DNA of 43,218 nucleotides from a virus (IMGVR_UViG_3300035659_001474:85110-128327), one strand, 5' to 3'. Positions 21,701 to 30,578 are shown, counted from the stretch's first letter. Program-made: numbers and translations. The notes: generated by a model from the letters alone, not told the origin.

Positions 21701-22329
21701 ATGCATAATGAGTTTGTAAAAATAGCAGACATTGATTCTGTTATTTTAGCAGACAGTACAAACGGTTCGACAGTCAATATTTGTTGATCTACTAAAATGT
21801 CTTCAAATATTTTGATGTCAGCTATTGTGCCGTCTATATTTACTGTCAATTTGTTATTACCAGAATGAAGATCATACGAAGCTGGTACGTTCTTTTCAGA
21901 TGTTGTTGATCCTCTACGATCTCGAGTCCAGATTTCAAAATCAGGTCCTGATGTATTAGATAATGTGTATGCTCTAGAAGGTATTATTGGGACGTCAACA
22001 AAAGTAATGTCATTTTTCTTAGCTACAAAGCGGCCATCGTTGATTGTGATTTTGACATTTGGTTCAGTTGTAGTTACTTGAAATGCAGGTTCTTGTACTG
22101 GTACGATTATTGTCTTACCAGTTAATAATCGTCGTTCTTCTTCTAATGAATAGATTTCAAGATGTTTTTCATCCGTGAACTTTTTAGATGATATGTCAAG
22201 TAGTATCAAGTTATTGACAACTTTTTGATCAGACGTAATACTGTCTTGCAACTGTTGATTACTCTTGTTCAAGTCATCAATTTTGTTTTGTAATAGCCCT
22301 CTATCACGTTCAGACAATTGCGCCATCAT
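18748..22329 (-). CDS. Putative virion/baseplate-associated protein, 1193 aa, helical termini with repeated beta insertion domains
   Basis: AGGAG SD. Repeated L.I.IDG...I......A..IQ..L......S..F.I.SG..G..S.V.I......L...G units. Coiled-coil-like N- and C-termini. Confidence 0.7.
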   Translation of the reverse strand: MMAQLSERDRGLLQNKIDDLNKSNQQLQDSITSDQKVVNNLILLDISSKKFTDEKHLEIYSLEEERRLLTGKTIIVPVQEPAFQVTTTEPNVKITINDGRFVAKKNDITFVDVPIIPSRAYTLSNTSGPDFEIWTRDRRGSTTSEKNVPASYDLHSGNNKLTVNIDGTIADIKIFEDILVDQQILTVEPFVLSAKITESMSAIFTNSLCIYNQVIQTFTIVSGTGGATSTAQVITSAVPTDLANLMKFTNNQVMVAGKYANNNLKINIDGNEQSLQLTFDIRIPVQSSLGLAIDDYSSDWRQSYSTGLLPAQPNNGPKIALLIQSTLRAVNAGGYTTAECQYYSDSGKFIIYSGTFGNKSSVQILPADDANRDFRFQIGMDQPTDSKENETSYDTLNDLYNYLNQSTCLQCSSLSNPTFSCYSLLSMNNALISGIQLMLQTTSMYDRASLSQPNLYGNKIRISSQVNAFNISDGATNAVFLPDGDYSESELASALQDLLNANTTSSNEYVVQYKQKPLYRFIISAKNNVQLLFNSGANKSTSIATFMGFANFSDSAVAKTFISNSISFAGVDFFSMALIPQFVPYAYLNFQPPYYVDSVLTETIALSEESSVLSLEGAAVTALRIQTSIDNDARLNNWINVANVELFVKNAVLQVIGSQMSLRAAAYGIADSVYTDMLAEYNSLMTDYNDVLLLLPNKAMMHLRQETETISKTVFGEGQTTQVTVYATSTGHNDRVYDRPAVEFRYSDNKFLAVRNMTSTYGSSVNYKLQEKIGFTLRTNMVTFTTPDLIVHAVTNVKVTITPTQLFTTVYWSGGQANDLQLLFSSYPHISDLIAAVTAAYSTSLLNEIWSRYSEKYTLFNGDQFSMQVGTYVLQTITVSCTNGSSISDTSPAEFAASGDTIILTISGESAKTITFPWATYNGADTAAMIQNLVRLLVANSVENQPAYTNFICTYSGTYNLYSGSAGTNSRVNIIGGTLQTPLKLGTVETVGTGPFTNNYFVTAVEAASILSFTGVTTTADLVPRFIKFTSTSTMQITSNDCATRLGFYTDNLSSAVNIELQSVASSSLQRIVNDSIYFFDRRLLRGYEYKDLTATYNVTDNINMNLRLSQIADRTSYIGTRQTQIVNRIPVIETDLSPTLYNERWTEVVNRLNKKTGSYYNVGQKELSIFNAQNTIVDNNNKITQIQTMLGS

Positions 22330-22335
22330 TAACTC

Positions 22336-22953
22336 CTATACTAGTTTTCCTGAGTCTATGCCTGTGCTTGGGATCGGCGGAAGTGCAGGAGGCACTGTTC
22401 CCACAGCACTTCCTAATATTGTCGTAGTCGCTGTTGACGCTTGTATTGCACTTGCAATTCCCATGCCTATAGCTTGTGCCAATTGAGTTGAATTTTGACC
22501 TAAAATCGACATCGCTTGCATTTGAACTATTATATTAGCACCCATTGTAGGTCCTAATACTCCGACAATAGTGCCAGTGCCAGATCCTATGCCGACTACA
22601 GTAGACGATCCGACAACCATTGCAGTTGACATATGAGTTGCAACTGCATTACCAATAGCTGATGCTAGAGCTTGAGCTTTTTGTCCTAATAATGACATTC
22701 CTGACATTTGTGCAAATATGAGATTTCCAACAGCTGATCCTTGTGTAATTGATCCTGATAAAGTTCCAGTTGACGAGCCTACTCCTATTCCAAGACCCGT
22801 TGATGTACCAGTATAAGTCGCTGATTGTAATATTGTCAAAATCACACCATTGCCTACAGCTTGAGCTAATGATGCATCATTTTGTCCTGTAAATCCTGCA
22901 GAAGCCATTTCAGCTTGTATCAATCCAGCTAATGCAGGTCCCGCAATCGGCAT
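22336..22953 (-). CDS. Gly/Ala-rich triple-repeat protein downstream of the spike, 205 aa
   Basis: Three repeats of about 65 aa: G.....I..QM......GQ....LA.A(I/V)G.(G/A)(V/I)...G. AAGGA SD lies in the end of the endonuclease gene. Confidence 0.7.
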   Translation of the reverse strand: MPIAGPALAGLIQAEMASAGFTGQNDASLAQAVGNGVILTILQSATYTGTSTGLGIGVGSSTGTLSGSITQGSAVGNLIFAQMSGMSLLGQKAQALASAIGNAVATHMSTAMVVGSSTVVGIGSGTGTIVGVLGPTMGANIIVQMQAMSILGQNSTQLAQAIGMGIASAIQASTATTTILGSAVGTVPPALPPIPSTGIDSGKLV

Positions 22954-22955
22954 AT

Positions 22956-24959
22956 TTATACAGTCCTTTTGACATTGCGTTCTGCCAATGCTGTTTTAAT
23001 TATATACGCACTAACATTATAGCGACATTGTAACTGTCGAATATTTACACCTAACTTATAGTCAACAATTATAGATTCAATTTTTCCTTCTAATAATCTT
23101 TGTCTATTTTGTGAATTTTTTTGTTTATTAACAATTGATGCATAATTTTCAGACGGTCTAATTTCAATCGCACTATCAATCAATATTTTTTTAATAATCC
23201 GTCGTTTTATACAATATTTAGCACAAATATTACCTATTGATAGTCCTGATTTGTAATCTCTAATAATGTCATCTTTATTTGATACATCATTTACTTTATT
23301 TTGAAATCTTATCTGACTCTTGACATTAAACAATTCTGCCTTAGACTTTAATTGACCACCATTACTCAAAATAATATTCTTAACAATGTTACCAGTAGTA
23401 TGATATTTTTTAGCTACTAATTTTAATCCCTGTCCGCAATTGTAGTCATTAATGATTGACTGTGTATTTGTACTTTGTCTATCTAAAGCTTTTTGTTTAC
23501 TTAATATTGCTGCATAGTACTCAGCTTTTTTAATTTCTATACCTTTACTAGCCATTAACATTCGTATAGCTTTTCTCGTAACATTATGTTTTTTCACAAT
23601 GTCACGGATACTTAAACCTTGTTCATACTCTTGAATAATTAAAGATGCGGTTTCTTTATCTATTTGTCTAGCTTTATCAGTACTATAATAAGCTGATTGT
23701 CTAATTTTACAACTATTTTGTAATAGTAACCGTTTAATAGATGATCGAGAAACATTATATTTTCGACAAATAACTCGAATACCTAAACCCTTATTATAAT
23801 CGTCTATTATTAACTTTTCATTACCATCAAATTGTTGTTTTCGATTTATTTCATGCTTCAACAATGTATAATATGATGTTGGGCGGTTTTGCACATTTGC
23901 TTCATAAAATATTTGATTAATGTATTTTTTACTTAAATGATATTTACGACATATTTTACGTTTTGACAGTCCTAATTCATAATCTGACAAAACTGACTGT
24001 CTAATACTATCATCAATTTGTTTTGATAGTTTAGAATTTTGTCGTTGTGCTTCCTGTATTGTTGATCCCCAATTGCTTATAGCATCTAATAGAATCTTTG
24101 TATTGGATCTAAACTTATACTTTCTAACAATTTGTCGATAACCTAACCCTAATTCACAATCTTTAATTATACTGTCTTTACATTGTTGTAAAATAAATTG
24201 ATAAAATTCATTAGACCCATGTTCAGGCACCCATAAATTATATGCGTGACTTATCACTCGATAAGGTACATCATATTTTTGTGCAAGCTCTGACAAATTA
24301 AGACCATCAAGAATATAAAACTTAAGAAATTCAATTTTGTTAGTATTATCTATAAACTTCTTAACTGATTTTTCATTCTCATAATCAAGCTGATACAATT
24401 CTAAATCTATGTTAAGCTTTTTCTGTACTTCAAATGCACCGATTTCAACTAACTTATTTTTATCTATTATAGTCACATCTATGTTTGAATGCTGCTGCCT
24501 GAATAACTGCATTCTTTTCTTATTTTCATCAGAAAAATATCCTTTAACTTCAACATATCTATCATAGTCTACTAAATAGAAATCAGGACAATATGTAAAT
24601 TCCATTTCATTTTCATGCTTGCAATGAAATTGCTTAACATTTTCATGTACATTGAATTTAATATTTTGCTGTTCTAACCATAATCCAAACATAAATTCCC
24701 AACTGCCTTGATACGTCTTATTATGATAACGATACCATCGACATCTACCGGCACCGATAGGTGGCGGCATACCGTATCTATTACTGTTTTCACCAACAAG
24801 TTCTGATTTTAATTCACTTGCTGTTTTGATCTTAACATTATTCTTAACTAACAAATACTCTATCTGATGTCTGCGCACTTTAAACTTGCGTGCAACTGTT
24901 TTTATTCCAGCGCCAGGCTGAGAATATTCTCTAATAACATCTAATTCATTTAGCTTCAT
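22956..24959 (-). CDS. Free-standing PD-(D/E)XK (TnsA-N/endonuclease-I-like) putative homing endonuclease with one N-terminal and eight C-terminal HTH repeats, 667 aa
   Basis: GSWE..F..WL......F......F......Y.PDFYL......EVKGY motif. Repeats II.DY..GL....I.RKY.V....I...L. Very AT-rich (14/60 G+C at 23701-23760). Interrupts a structural operon. Confidence 0.8.
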   Translation of the reverse strand: MKLNELDVIREYSQPGAGIKTVARKFKVRRHQIEYLLVKNNVKIKTASELKSELVGENSNRYGMPPPIGAGRCRWYRYHNKTYQGSWEFMFGLWLEQQNIKFNVHENVKQFHCKHENEMEFTYCPDFYLVDYDRYVEVKGYFSDENKKRMQLFRQQHSNIDVTIIDKNKLVEIGAFEVQKKLNIDLELYQLDYENEKSVKKFIDNTNKIEFLKFYILDGLNLSELAQKYDVPYRVISHAYNLWVPEHGSNEFYQFILQQCKDSIIKDCELGLGYRQIVRKYKFRSNTKILLDAISNWGSTIQEAQRQNSKLSKQIDDSIRQSVLSDYELGLSKRKICRKYHLSKKYINQIFYEANVQNRPTSYYTLLKHEINRKQQFDGNEKLIIDDYNKGLGIRVICRKYNVSRSSIKRLLLQNSCKIRQSAYYSTDKARQIDKETASLIIQEYEQGLSIRDIVKKHNVTRKAIRMLMASKGIEIKKAEYYAAILSKQKALDRQSTNTQSIINDYNCGQGLKLVAKKYHTTGNIVKNIILSNGGQLKSKAELFNVKSQIRFQNKVNDVSNKDDIIRDYKSGLSIGNICAKYCIKRRIIKKILIDSAIEIRPSENYASIVNKQKNSQNRQRLLEGKIESIIVDYKLGVNIRQLQCRYNVSAYIIKTALAERNVKRTV

Positions 24960-24993
24960 ACTATTGCACCGGTTATCAAATTAAAAATTCATA

Positions 24994-27093
24994 TTATGGT
25001 GTCGCACTTACTGTCTTTGATCCTTGCAGCGGAGTTCCGCATATATAATCATAGTGTGACGCGATGCCGGGAAGTCCCGTTACAATTCCGCCTTGTGCCG
25101 GAGTGTTGCCTAATGAGACGAGAGGTGCTTTAACATTAACTTGAGTTGCACTAATTACGTCTACCTTTGTCATACCATTGATAGTAACGCTCTGTGCACC
25201 AGAATTTACTTCAACTTTTCCTAATGAAGACTTAATAGTGATATTTCCATTAGTAATCGTGACTTCAAAATTACCGGATTGTATAGTAATAGATTTTTTA
25301 CCACTTGATATACTTTCTTTACTATCACCCACACTAATTGTCTCTGTAATATTTCCAGAAGTAACATCTACCTTAAAATCACCTGACGTCAATGATGCTT
25401 GTCGATTACCACTAGTTATTGTCTCTTTAATATCACCACTTGTCAAATCAGTTGTCTTACTTCCCAACATCAATGTCTCTTTACTATCACCTGCAGTTAA
25501 CTTAACTTCTTTATTACCTAATGTCAACTCCTCAGTTTTCTTACCCTCAGTAATCTTCAATACATCATCACCCTTAGATATCTCAGTCTTAGATCCCTCT
25601 CCATACTTACTCTGTCTATGCTTAGTCACGACTTCCTGATAATCACCACCATAATTCGTCATCTTATCATTAACATAATTCTCTACTTTTGCTCCATGTA
25701 TCTCTTCCTGAATCTTACCCTTAACAGTCAAAAAGTATGAACCATCAACTACAGTTGTCTTATTACCATGAATAGTCTCAACTGTATGACCAGTATACTC
25801 CTCAACCTTTGCATTACCATCTAAGTTCGCTGCGCTTACAGTAATATGAAGTGCTCTATCTAATACCCATTCACAACTTCTCAATGATGATGGATCTGAT
25901 CCAAAATTCATCATCACTTTACCACTAGTATTAAGCTCAATCGACTTACTATTAATGTTATTCTTACCAATAGACAATTTGATACTACCATCGGATGCAA
26001 ATTCTAGAGATCTATTTTGTCCCAATGGATGTAATGGTGATGATCCAGCTAGATGAATAAATGTGTGACCTTCTTTGTCAACATCAAATTTTGTACCACT
26101 AGCAAATTTCAATTGATAAGCAGATGCTAAATTCAAATACTCATTAGGTCTACAAATCACATCATCTACAGCTACATTACCTTCACCAGTAAATATCTGC
26201 GGTCTCAATATCTTTCCATACTTCTCAATAACACTTCTTTCATTACCGACTAATGTTCCTAATAGTTGAGTAACTAGTAATCTGCCTTTTGAAGTATCAT
26301 CAGCAAAATCTCGATAGTCATACGATTCAATGACATCTAGTACTGCGTTTGCTTTTTCTCTAATTTCAGTTCGTAATTCAGTAAATGCTTGACCATTTTC
26401 ATCTATAGATGGGCCGTCAGTAACAACATATAATGGTTGTCCATTGTCCATTATTACGGGTTCTATAGCAGGTGCAAATTGTCGAATGATTATACCATTT
26501 AGAATTCTAGCAGCATTAGTATAAATATGATTATTTATTGAATTATGGTATATTGTACGATCTGTACTTGACAGTATTATTTCATTAAGTTTTGAATCAG
26601 ATATTGTTATACTACTATCAAGAAATACTTCAGAGCCATGAGTTGATTCAAGCCCAACATCGCCTGGATATTGTTTTCTTTTCTTGAGTCTTCGAACATT
26701 CCAACCGATTTTGTCATGTATGCTATTTAGTTGAGTGATATCACTAGTTGTTTTTCCATTGTTGTAGATGTAATTTAGTGCCTTGTAGTATTCGCTATCA
26801 AGATAAGCCAGTATTATTGGAATACCACTAGTGTTTGTGAGTTTTATGAAACCGCAAATGACAACAGAGCCTTCTTCAGGCATTCCACCTATGAAAGCTC
26901 TGCCTGTAAATAGTGGATTAGTGATGGGTACGTTTACTGACAATACAGGGTTAGAGCCGAATTGTATGTCAACTACATTTCGTTCATTGTCAACCCTGAT
27001 AATTCGACCGACTTGTAGAAATTTGTAGAAGTCTACATATTGGCCAAATGAGGGATCGTCACCTTTTTGTATGAATGCTTTTTGTGGAGGCAT
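24994..27093 (-). CDS. gp5/VgrG-like central spike (OB fold plus beta-helix), no lysozyme domain seen, 699 aa
   Basis: GRIIRVD..RNVVD...GGMPEEGSVV.CGF OB-fold signature. Gly-periodic beta-helix repeats. Follows the hub gene. Confidence 0.85.
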   Translation of the reverse strand: MPPQKAFIQKGDDPSFGQYVDFYKFLQVGRIIRVDNERNVVDIQFGSNPVLSVNVPITNPLFTGRAFIGGMPEEGSVVICGFIKLTNTSGIPIILAYLDSEYYKALNYIYNNGKTTSDITQLNSIHDKIGWNVRRLKKRKQYPGDVGLESTHGSEVFLDSSITISDSKLNEIILSSTDRTIYHNSINNHIYTNAARILNGIIIRQFAPAIEPVIMDNGQPLYVVTDGPSIDENGQAFTELRTEIREKANAVLDVIESYDYRDFADDTSKGRLLVTQLLGTLVGNERSVIEKYGKILRPQIFTGEGNVAVDDVICRPNEYLNLASAYQLKFASGTKFDVDKEGHTFIHLAGSSPLHPLGQNRSLEFASDGSIKLSIGKNNINSKSIELNTSGKVMMNFGSDPSSLRSCEWVLDRALHITVSAANLDGNAKVEEYTGHTVETIHGNKTTVVDGSYFLTVKGKIQEEIHGAKVENYVNDKMTNYGGDYQEVVTKHRQSKYGEGSKTEISKGDDVLKITEGKKTEELTLGNKEVKLTAGDSKETLMLGSKTTDLTSGDIKETITSGNRQASLTSGDFKVDVTSGNITETISVGDSKESISSGKKSITIQSGNFEVTITNGNITIKSSLGKVEVNSGAQSVTINGMTKVDVISATQVNVKAPLVSLGNTPAQGGIVTGLPGIASHYDYICGTPLQGSKTVSATP
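25195..25791 (-). repeat. Spike beta-helix peptide repeats: eight 8-mers, then at least 13 consecutive Gly-led 9-mers
   Basis: GHTVETIH GNKTTVVD GSYFLTVK GKIQEEIH..., then GDDVLKITE GKKTEELTL GNKEVKLTA GDSKETLML ... GNITIKSSL. Confidence 0.9.
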
Positions 27094-27109
27094 TATAACC
27101 CTTTAATCA

Positions 27110-29305
27110 TTACAAGTTTGCTTGTACTGTTGTCACGCCTGACTGACTTGTTATTGTGCTTGCTTCTGTTGACGGTTGCATTGCTGCCGCTATACTTGAA
27201 GCAGATCTATTGCCTAGTCCGCTTATTGTTGCTACATTTTCGACTTGATTAAGTGTTAATGGTTGTTGAAAACTTAATACACTTTTTTCACTTCCAGTAG
27301 CAGTTGTCAATTTCATTGATGAAGCTAATTCTACTCCAGATGGTGTGGTCGAATCGACAACTTTTATTTTGAAATCTTCTGTCAATATTAAATCTTTACC
27401 AAATGGAAATCCATCGCCCATTACGCCATAACCGTCTTTATCTGTAACTTGCTGATATACACGAGGATCTGAATTCGCTTGATCACTACCATTATAGACA
27501 AATCTAAATGTACCCTGATATTTCAAAATATCATCTAATGTCTTATATCTATAAACTGGTCGCTGAGCTGTAAATTCTGCTGACTGTGTAGGATCACACA
27601 GCTTTGTCACATTATTCATTGGATTATTTGGATCATTAGGTACATCTTTTCCAGCAACATTACTTTGAGTTGAGGCTGTGCCGTCAGTCTGACAATACAT
27701 ATTACTAAGTATTGCGCCTAAAGCATCTCTTTGTCTTTGTCTAGCAGCTGTTAATGTTAATCTTGTTGTAAAAGATTCACCAAAAGTGAAATCATGGTCA
27801 ATGCCTGTGACATAATAAAATGTGTCGCGTCCAGGACAGAATATTGGGTAACCTAATTTTAATTCTGGACGACCAATAATAGTCATTGAACCGTTAAATA
27901 TCAAACTATTACGTCTAACAAGTTCTCTTTTTGCATAAGTAAATGCATCATCAGCTGTAGTAATATAGTTAGAATTAATCGTTTGCTGGCGTAAACCATA
28001 TTTCTCTAATTTACCGAATGATATTGCAAATCCATAATAAGGATTTGCCTCACTTCCTTCATACATAAAGCCCATTACAGGTGTTCCCTGAACATCTATT
28101 CTAGTCCATACCTGACTCTCGTCTTCAACTACATTTATATTTTCAATATCTATATCTTCTATAACATACACTGGATTTGATCGAGTATCCATATTATAGA
28201 ATTGCGGTTTCAAAACAACAGTTCCATCAATATCTTGAAAAAATTCATAATGAACTTGTTCTTTAGCATTATTAGCTACATCTAATCGATTTTGTAAATT
28301 GCCTTCAAAAATTGGAGCAGCACCAGTATTGAACGCAGCTGCTCCTTCAGGATACAACTTTGAAATATCAATCCATGGTAATTTGACTGTAGTAGTCTCT
28401 GTCGGTACAACAGGACCAACCTCACTGGCATTCGTACCTTCAATTGTAACATTTCTAGATCCGTAAATATATGAATAAGCATCTAAATCAAGACTAACAT
28501 CTTTTACGTGTGCTGAATTTTCTGTTCCTGGTCCCTTAAAACCATAAATGTATAGAGCTGCCGATAATGCTTCGAATTTTTTATTCCATATTTTTGCTAA
28601 TTGTTCGTTGTATGGTCTTTTAGGATCCAGATCAGCAGTCTTGTCAATAATTCCTTTTTCAAAAGCAGTACTTCTATCAGATATATTTTTCAAATCAAAA
28701 AAGTTTTCATTTATAGACAATGACACTAAATTTGCTATTATACCTGGTGTACTTATACTAACAAACAATGACGCAAAACCTGTCATTTGACTATTCAAAC
28801 CAGTTTGTCCACCTGCATCATGAAGTACTATTGAATTGTATGCAGATGGTTGCACATTAACGCTAGTTACTTGTAACCAACGCATCATATCTTGACAAGT
28901 TATTGTTGTAGTTATTATGTCACCAGCAGTTTCAGATTCTGATAAGTTAGTTATCATGCCCCAAAAAACTGGATAATATTGAGGTTCATTTTGTACTAGA
29001 AATCTACCTTTCATGTAAATTTCTACTTCTAACATTGTCGACAATGTGTCTTTAATACTACCATAAATACCTTCAAACATATGTTTAGGTGCTCTAGCAC
29101 TTATAGATGCTTCACCTGGTACTCGCTCAATGCCCTTTGATACTGAAATACTGCTAACAAAATTCATGAAATCTACTTGTGCATCGACTATCTGACCCGA
29201 ATTGTCTACACGTTTAAGTGTGATCGTACGTTTGCCATCTATGAATACAATAGCATCAGGTGCTACTGCATCTACAGTTGGTTGTTTATATTGATTCAAA
29301 TTCAT
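27110..29305 (-). CDS. Baseplate hub (gp27/gpD-like), 731 aa
   Basis: YPVFWGMITN, ITCQDMMRWL, YEFFQDIDG.VVLKP, KYGLR, G.MTI.GRPELKLG.P..YYVTGIDH.F..G.SFTT.LTLT. Lies between the tube initiators and the spike. Confidence 0.8.
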   Translation of the reverse strand: MNLNQYKQPTVDAVAPDAIVFIDGKRTITLKRVDNSGQIVDAQVDFMNFVSSISVSKGIERVPGEASISARAPKHMFEGIYGSIKDTLSTMLEVEIYMKGRFLVQNEPQYYPVFWGMITNLSESETAGDIITTTITCQDMMRWLQVTSVNVQPSAYNSIVLHDAGGQTGLNSQMTGFASLFVSISTPGIIANLVSLSINENFFDLKNISDRSTAFEKGIIDKTADLDPKRPYNEQLAKIWNKKFEALSAALYIYGFKGPGTENSAHVKDVSLDLDAYSYIYGSRNVTIEGTNASEVGPVVPTETTTVKLPWIDISKLYPEGAAAFNTGAAPIFEGNLQNRLDVANNAKEQVHYEFFQDIDGTVVLKPQFYNMDTRSNPVYVIEDIDIENINVVEDESQVWTRIDVQGTPVMGFMYEGSEANPYYGFAISFGKLEKYGLRQQTINSNYITTADDAFTYAKRELVRRNSLIFNGSMTIIGRPELKLGYPIFCPGRDTFYYVTGIDHDFTFGESFTTRLTLTAARQRQRDALGAILSNMYCQTDGTASTQSNVAGKDVPNDPNNPMNNVTKLCDPTQSAEFTAQRPVYRYKTLDDILKYQGTFRFVYNGSDQANSDPRVYQQVTDKDGYGVMGDGFPFGKDLILTEDFKIKVVDSTTPSGVELASSMKLTTATGSEKSVLSFQQPLTLNQVENVATISGLGNRSASSIAAAMQPSTEASTITSQSGVTTVQANL

Positions 29306-29859
29306 GAATTTCTCACATCTATCGTTTTAGTGACAGTAAACTGAAAATTGAATGTAAAATTGAACGGTTTTTGATCTGTTTCATCAAGCTTAAACGAATC
29401 AAATGTGCCTTGATAGATTGTGTCATCATAAGCTATGATTACTCGACCAACAGATTTTATAATACTATCACCGCCACTAACTTGTGATAATATTCCAGTA
29501 CTTCCGGGTCTTGTAAAATAATTGCGGCCATTGTTTCTATAAATCTCAATAAGACTCTTTAGATTTCGATAGCCTAATGAATCTTTTCTAGTTTGAACTG
29601 TCAGGCCATTAGAGCCATAGAACATTGCAGATGTGCCAGAGCAAGATAATACGTCAAGTTCATCATATGCAAAATTATGTAAATAAGCTCCCGCATCTCT
29701 TGATGTTGATCGTTTGCGGCTTTGAGTAATACGCTTTGTCAATGATTTACTAAATTCATTAGGATTTATGGCTAACATTAATACAGGAGGTGGTTCGTCA
29801 ATGTCCAGTTCAAAGAACATTGGTTTTGAAGCTATGTTTGCGCCTAGTATGTTTGCCAT
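29302..29859 (-). CDS. Tube-initiator/distal-tail-like protein (paralog B), 185 aa
   Basis: INP...S, SG....FYG..GLT, IYRNNG, V...YD...Y.G.F.S....E...KPF.....F.F are all shared with the 238-aa neighbour. Lies after the tape measure gene. Confidence 0.7.
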   Translation of the reverse strand: MANILGANIASKPMFFELDIDEPPPVLMLAINPNEFSKSLTKRITQSRKRSTSRDAGAYLHNFAYDELDVLSCSGTSAMFYGSNGLTVQTRKDSLGYRNLKSLIEIYRNNGRNYFTRPGSTGILSQVSGGDSIIKSVGRVIIAYDDTIYQGTFDSFKLDETDQKPFNFTFNFQFTVTKTIDVRNS

Positions 29860-29861
29860 GT

Positions 29862-30578
29862 TTATCCTTGCGTAGTCTGCAAACCAACTATATCTAGAGT
29901 CACCCGATCATTTCTTAATACACCGGGTTGAGTGACTGTCGTGACATTTCTGAAAGATTTCATTCTGCCTGGGTATAATTCTTGTGTGATTTTGAATGAG
30001 AATTCATATTGCAAATCGAATGGTTTGTCACCAGATTCAGTTATTGATAACGATTCAAAGTAACCTCGATATACTGCACTGTCATAATTCAATATTACAG
30101 ATCCTTGAGCGACAATTAGACTTGTTTTTTCATCAAATAGTGTGCCGTTATTTCTGTATATATTGACGAACTTTTGAAATTCTAGAAATCCTTGAGTGTC
30201 ACGTCGAGCATAGTTTGTTAAGCCTAATGGTCCGTAGAAAGTAGCTGTTCGACCTGAAGAAGATAGAGTATCAAGTTCTTCGCCCCAATGTTCTTCTACA
30301 AATCCGCCTATTGTTCGTTTGCGATTAAGAAGTTGTTTGTAATCTGAGCTCAAACTCTGAGGATTGATGCTCATTGTTAGATCAGGTAATTGATATTTAT
30401 TTGGGATGTCTCTTATTTGCCAGATTAGAGGTTTTCTGTTTAGAATTTTGTTATTGCCAACAGGGTTTGGAAATGGTTGACCAGTGAATTGTTCAGTATT
30501 TTGACGTAATCTGACATCAGCAGCAGTTAATACGTCGACTGTTTTTTGTAGACCGATGATTGCGTCATTGATAGCCAT
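29862..30578 (-). CDS. Tube-initiator/distal-tail-like protein (paralog A), 238 aa
   Basis: SINPQSL...YK....RKRT.GGFVEEHWGEELDTLS.SG.T. Same motifs as paralog B. TAATG overlap with the tape measure stop. Confidence 0.7.
   Translation of the reverse strand: MAINDAIIGLQKTVDVLTAADVRLRQNTEQFTGQPFPNPVGNNKILNRKPLIWQIRDIPNKYQLPDLTMSINPQSLSSDYKQLLNRKRTIGGFVEEHWGEELDTLSSSGRTATFYGPLGLTNYARRDTQGFLEFQKFVNIYRNNGTLFDEKTSLIVAQGSVILNYDSAVYRGYFESLSITESGDKPFDLQYEFSFKITQELYPGRMKSFRNVTTVTQPGVLRNDRVTLDIVGLQTTQG

Noticed and set aside
22952-22962. T4-type late promoter TATAAATA on the minus strand
   Set aside because: It overlaps the stop/start junction, so a transcript would begin inside the ORF, and it is not repeated upstream of other genes. 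Another copy at 41829 is on the plus strand within a gene.
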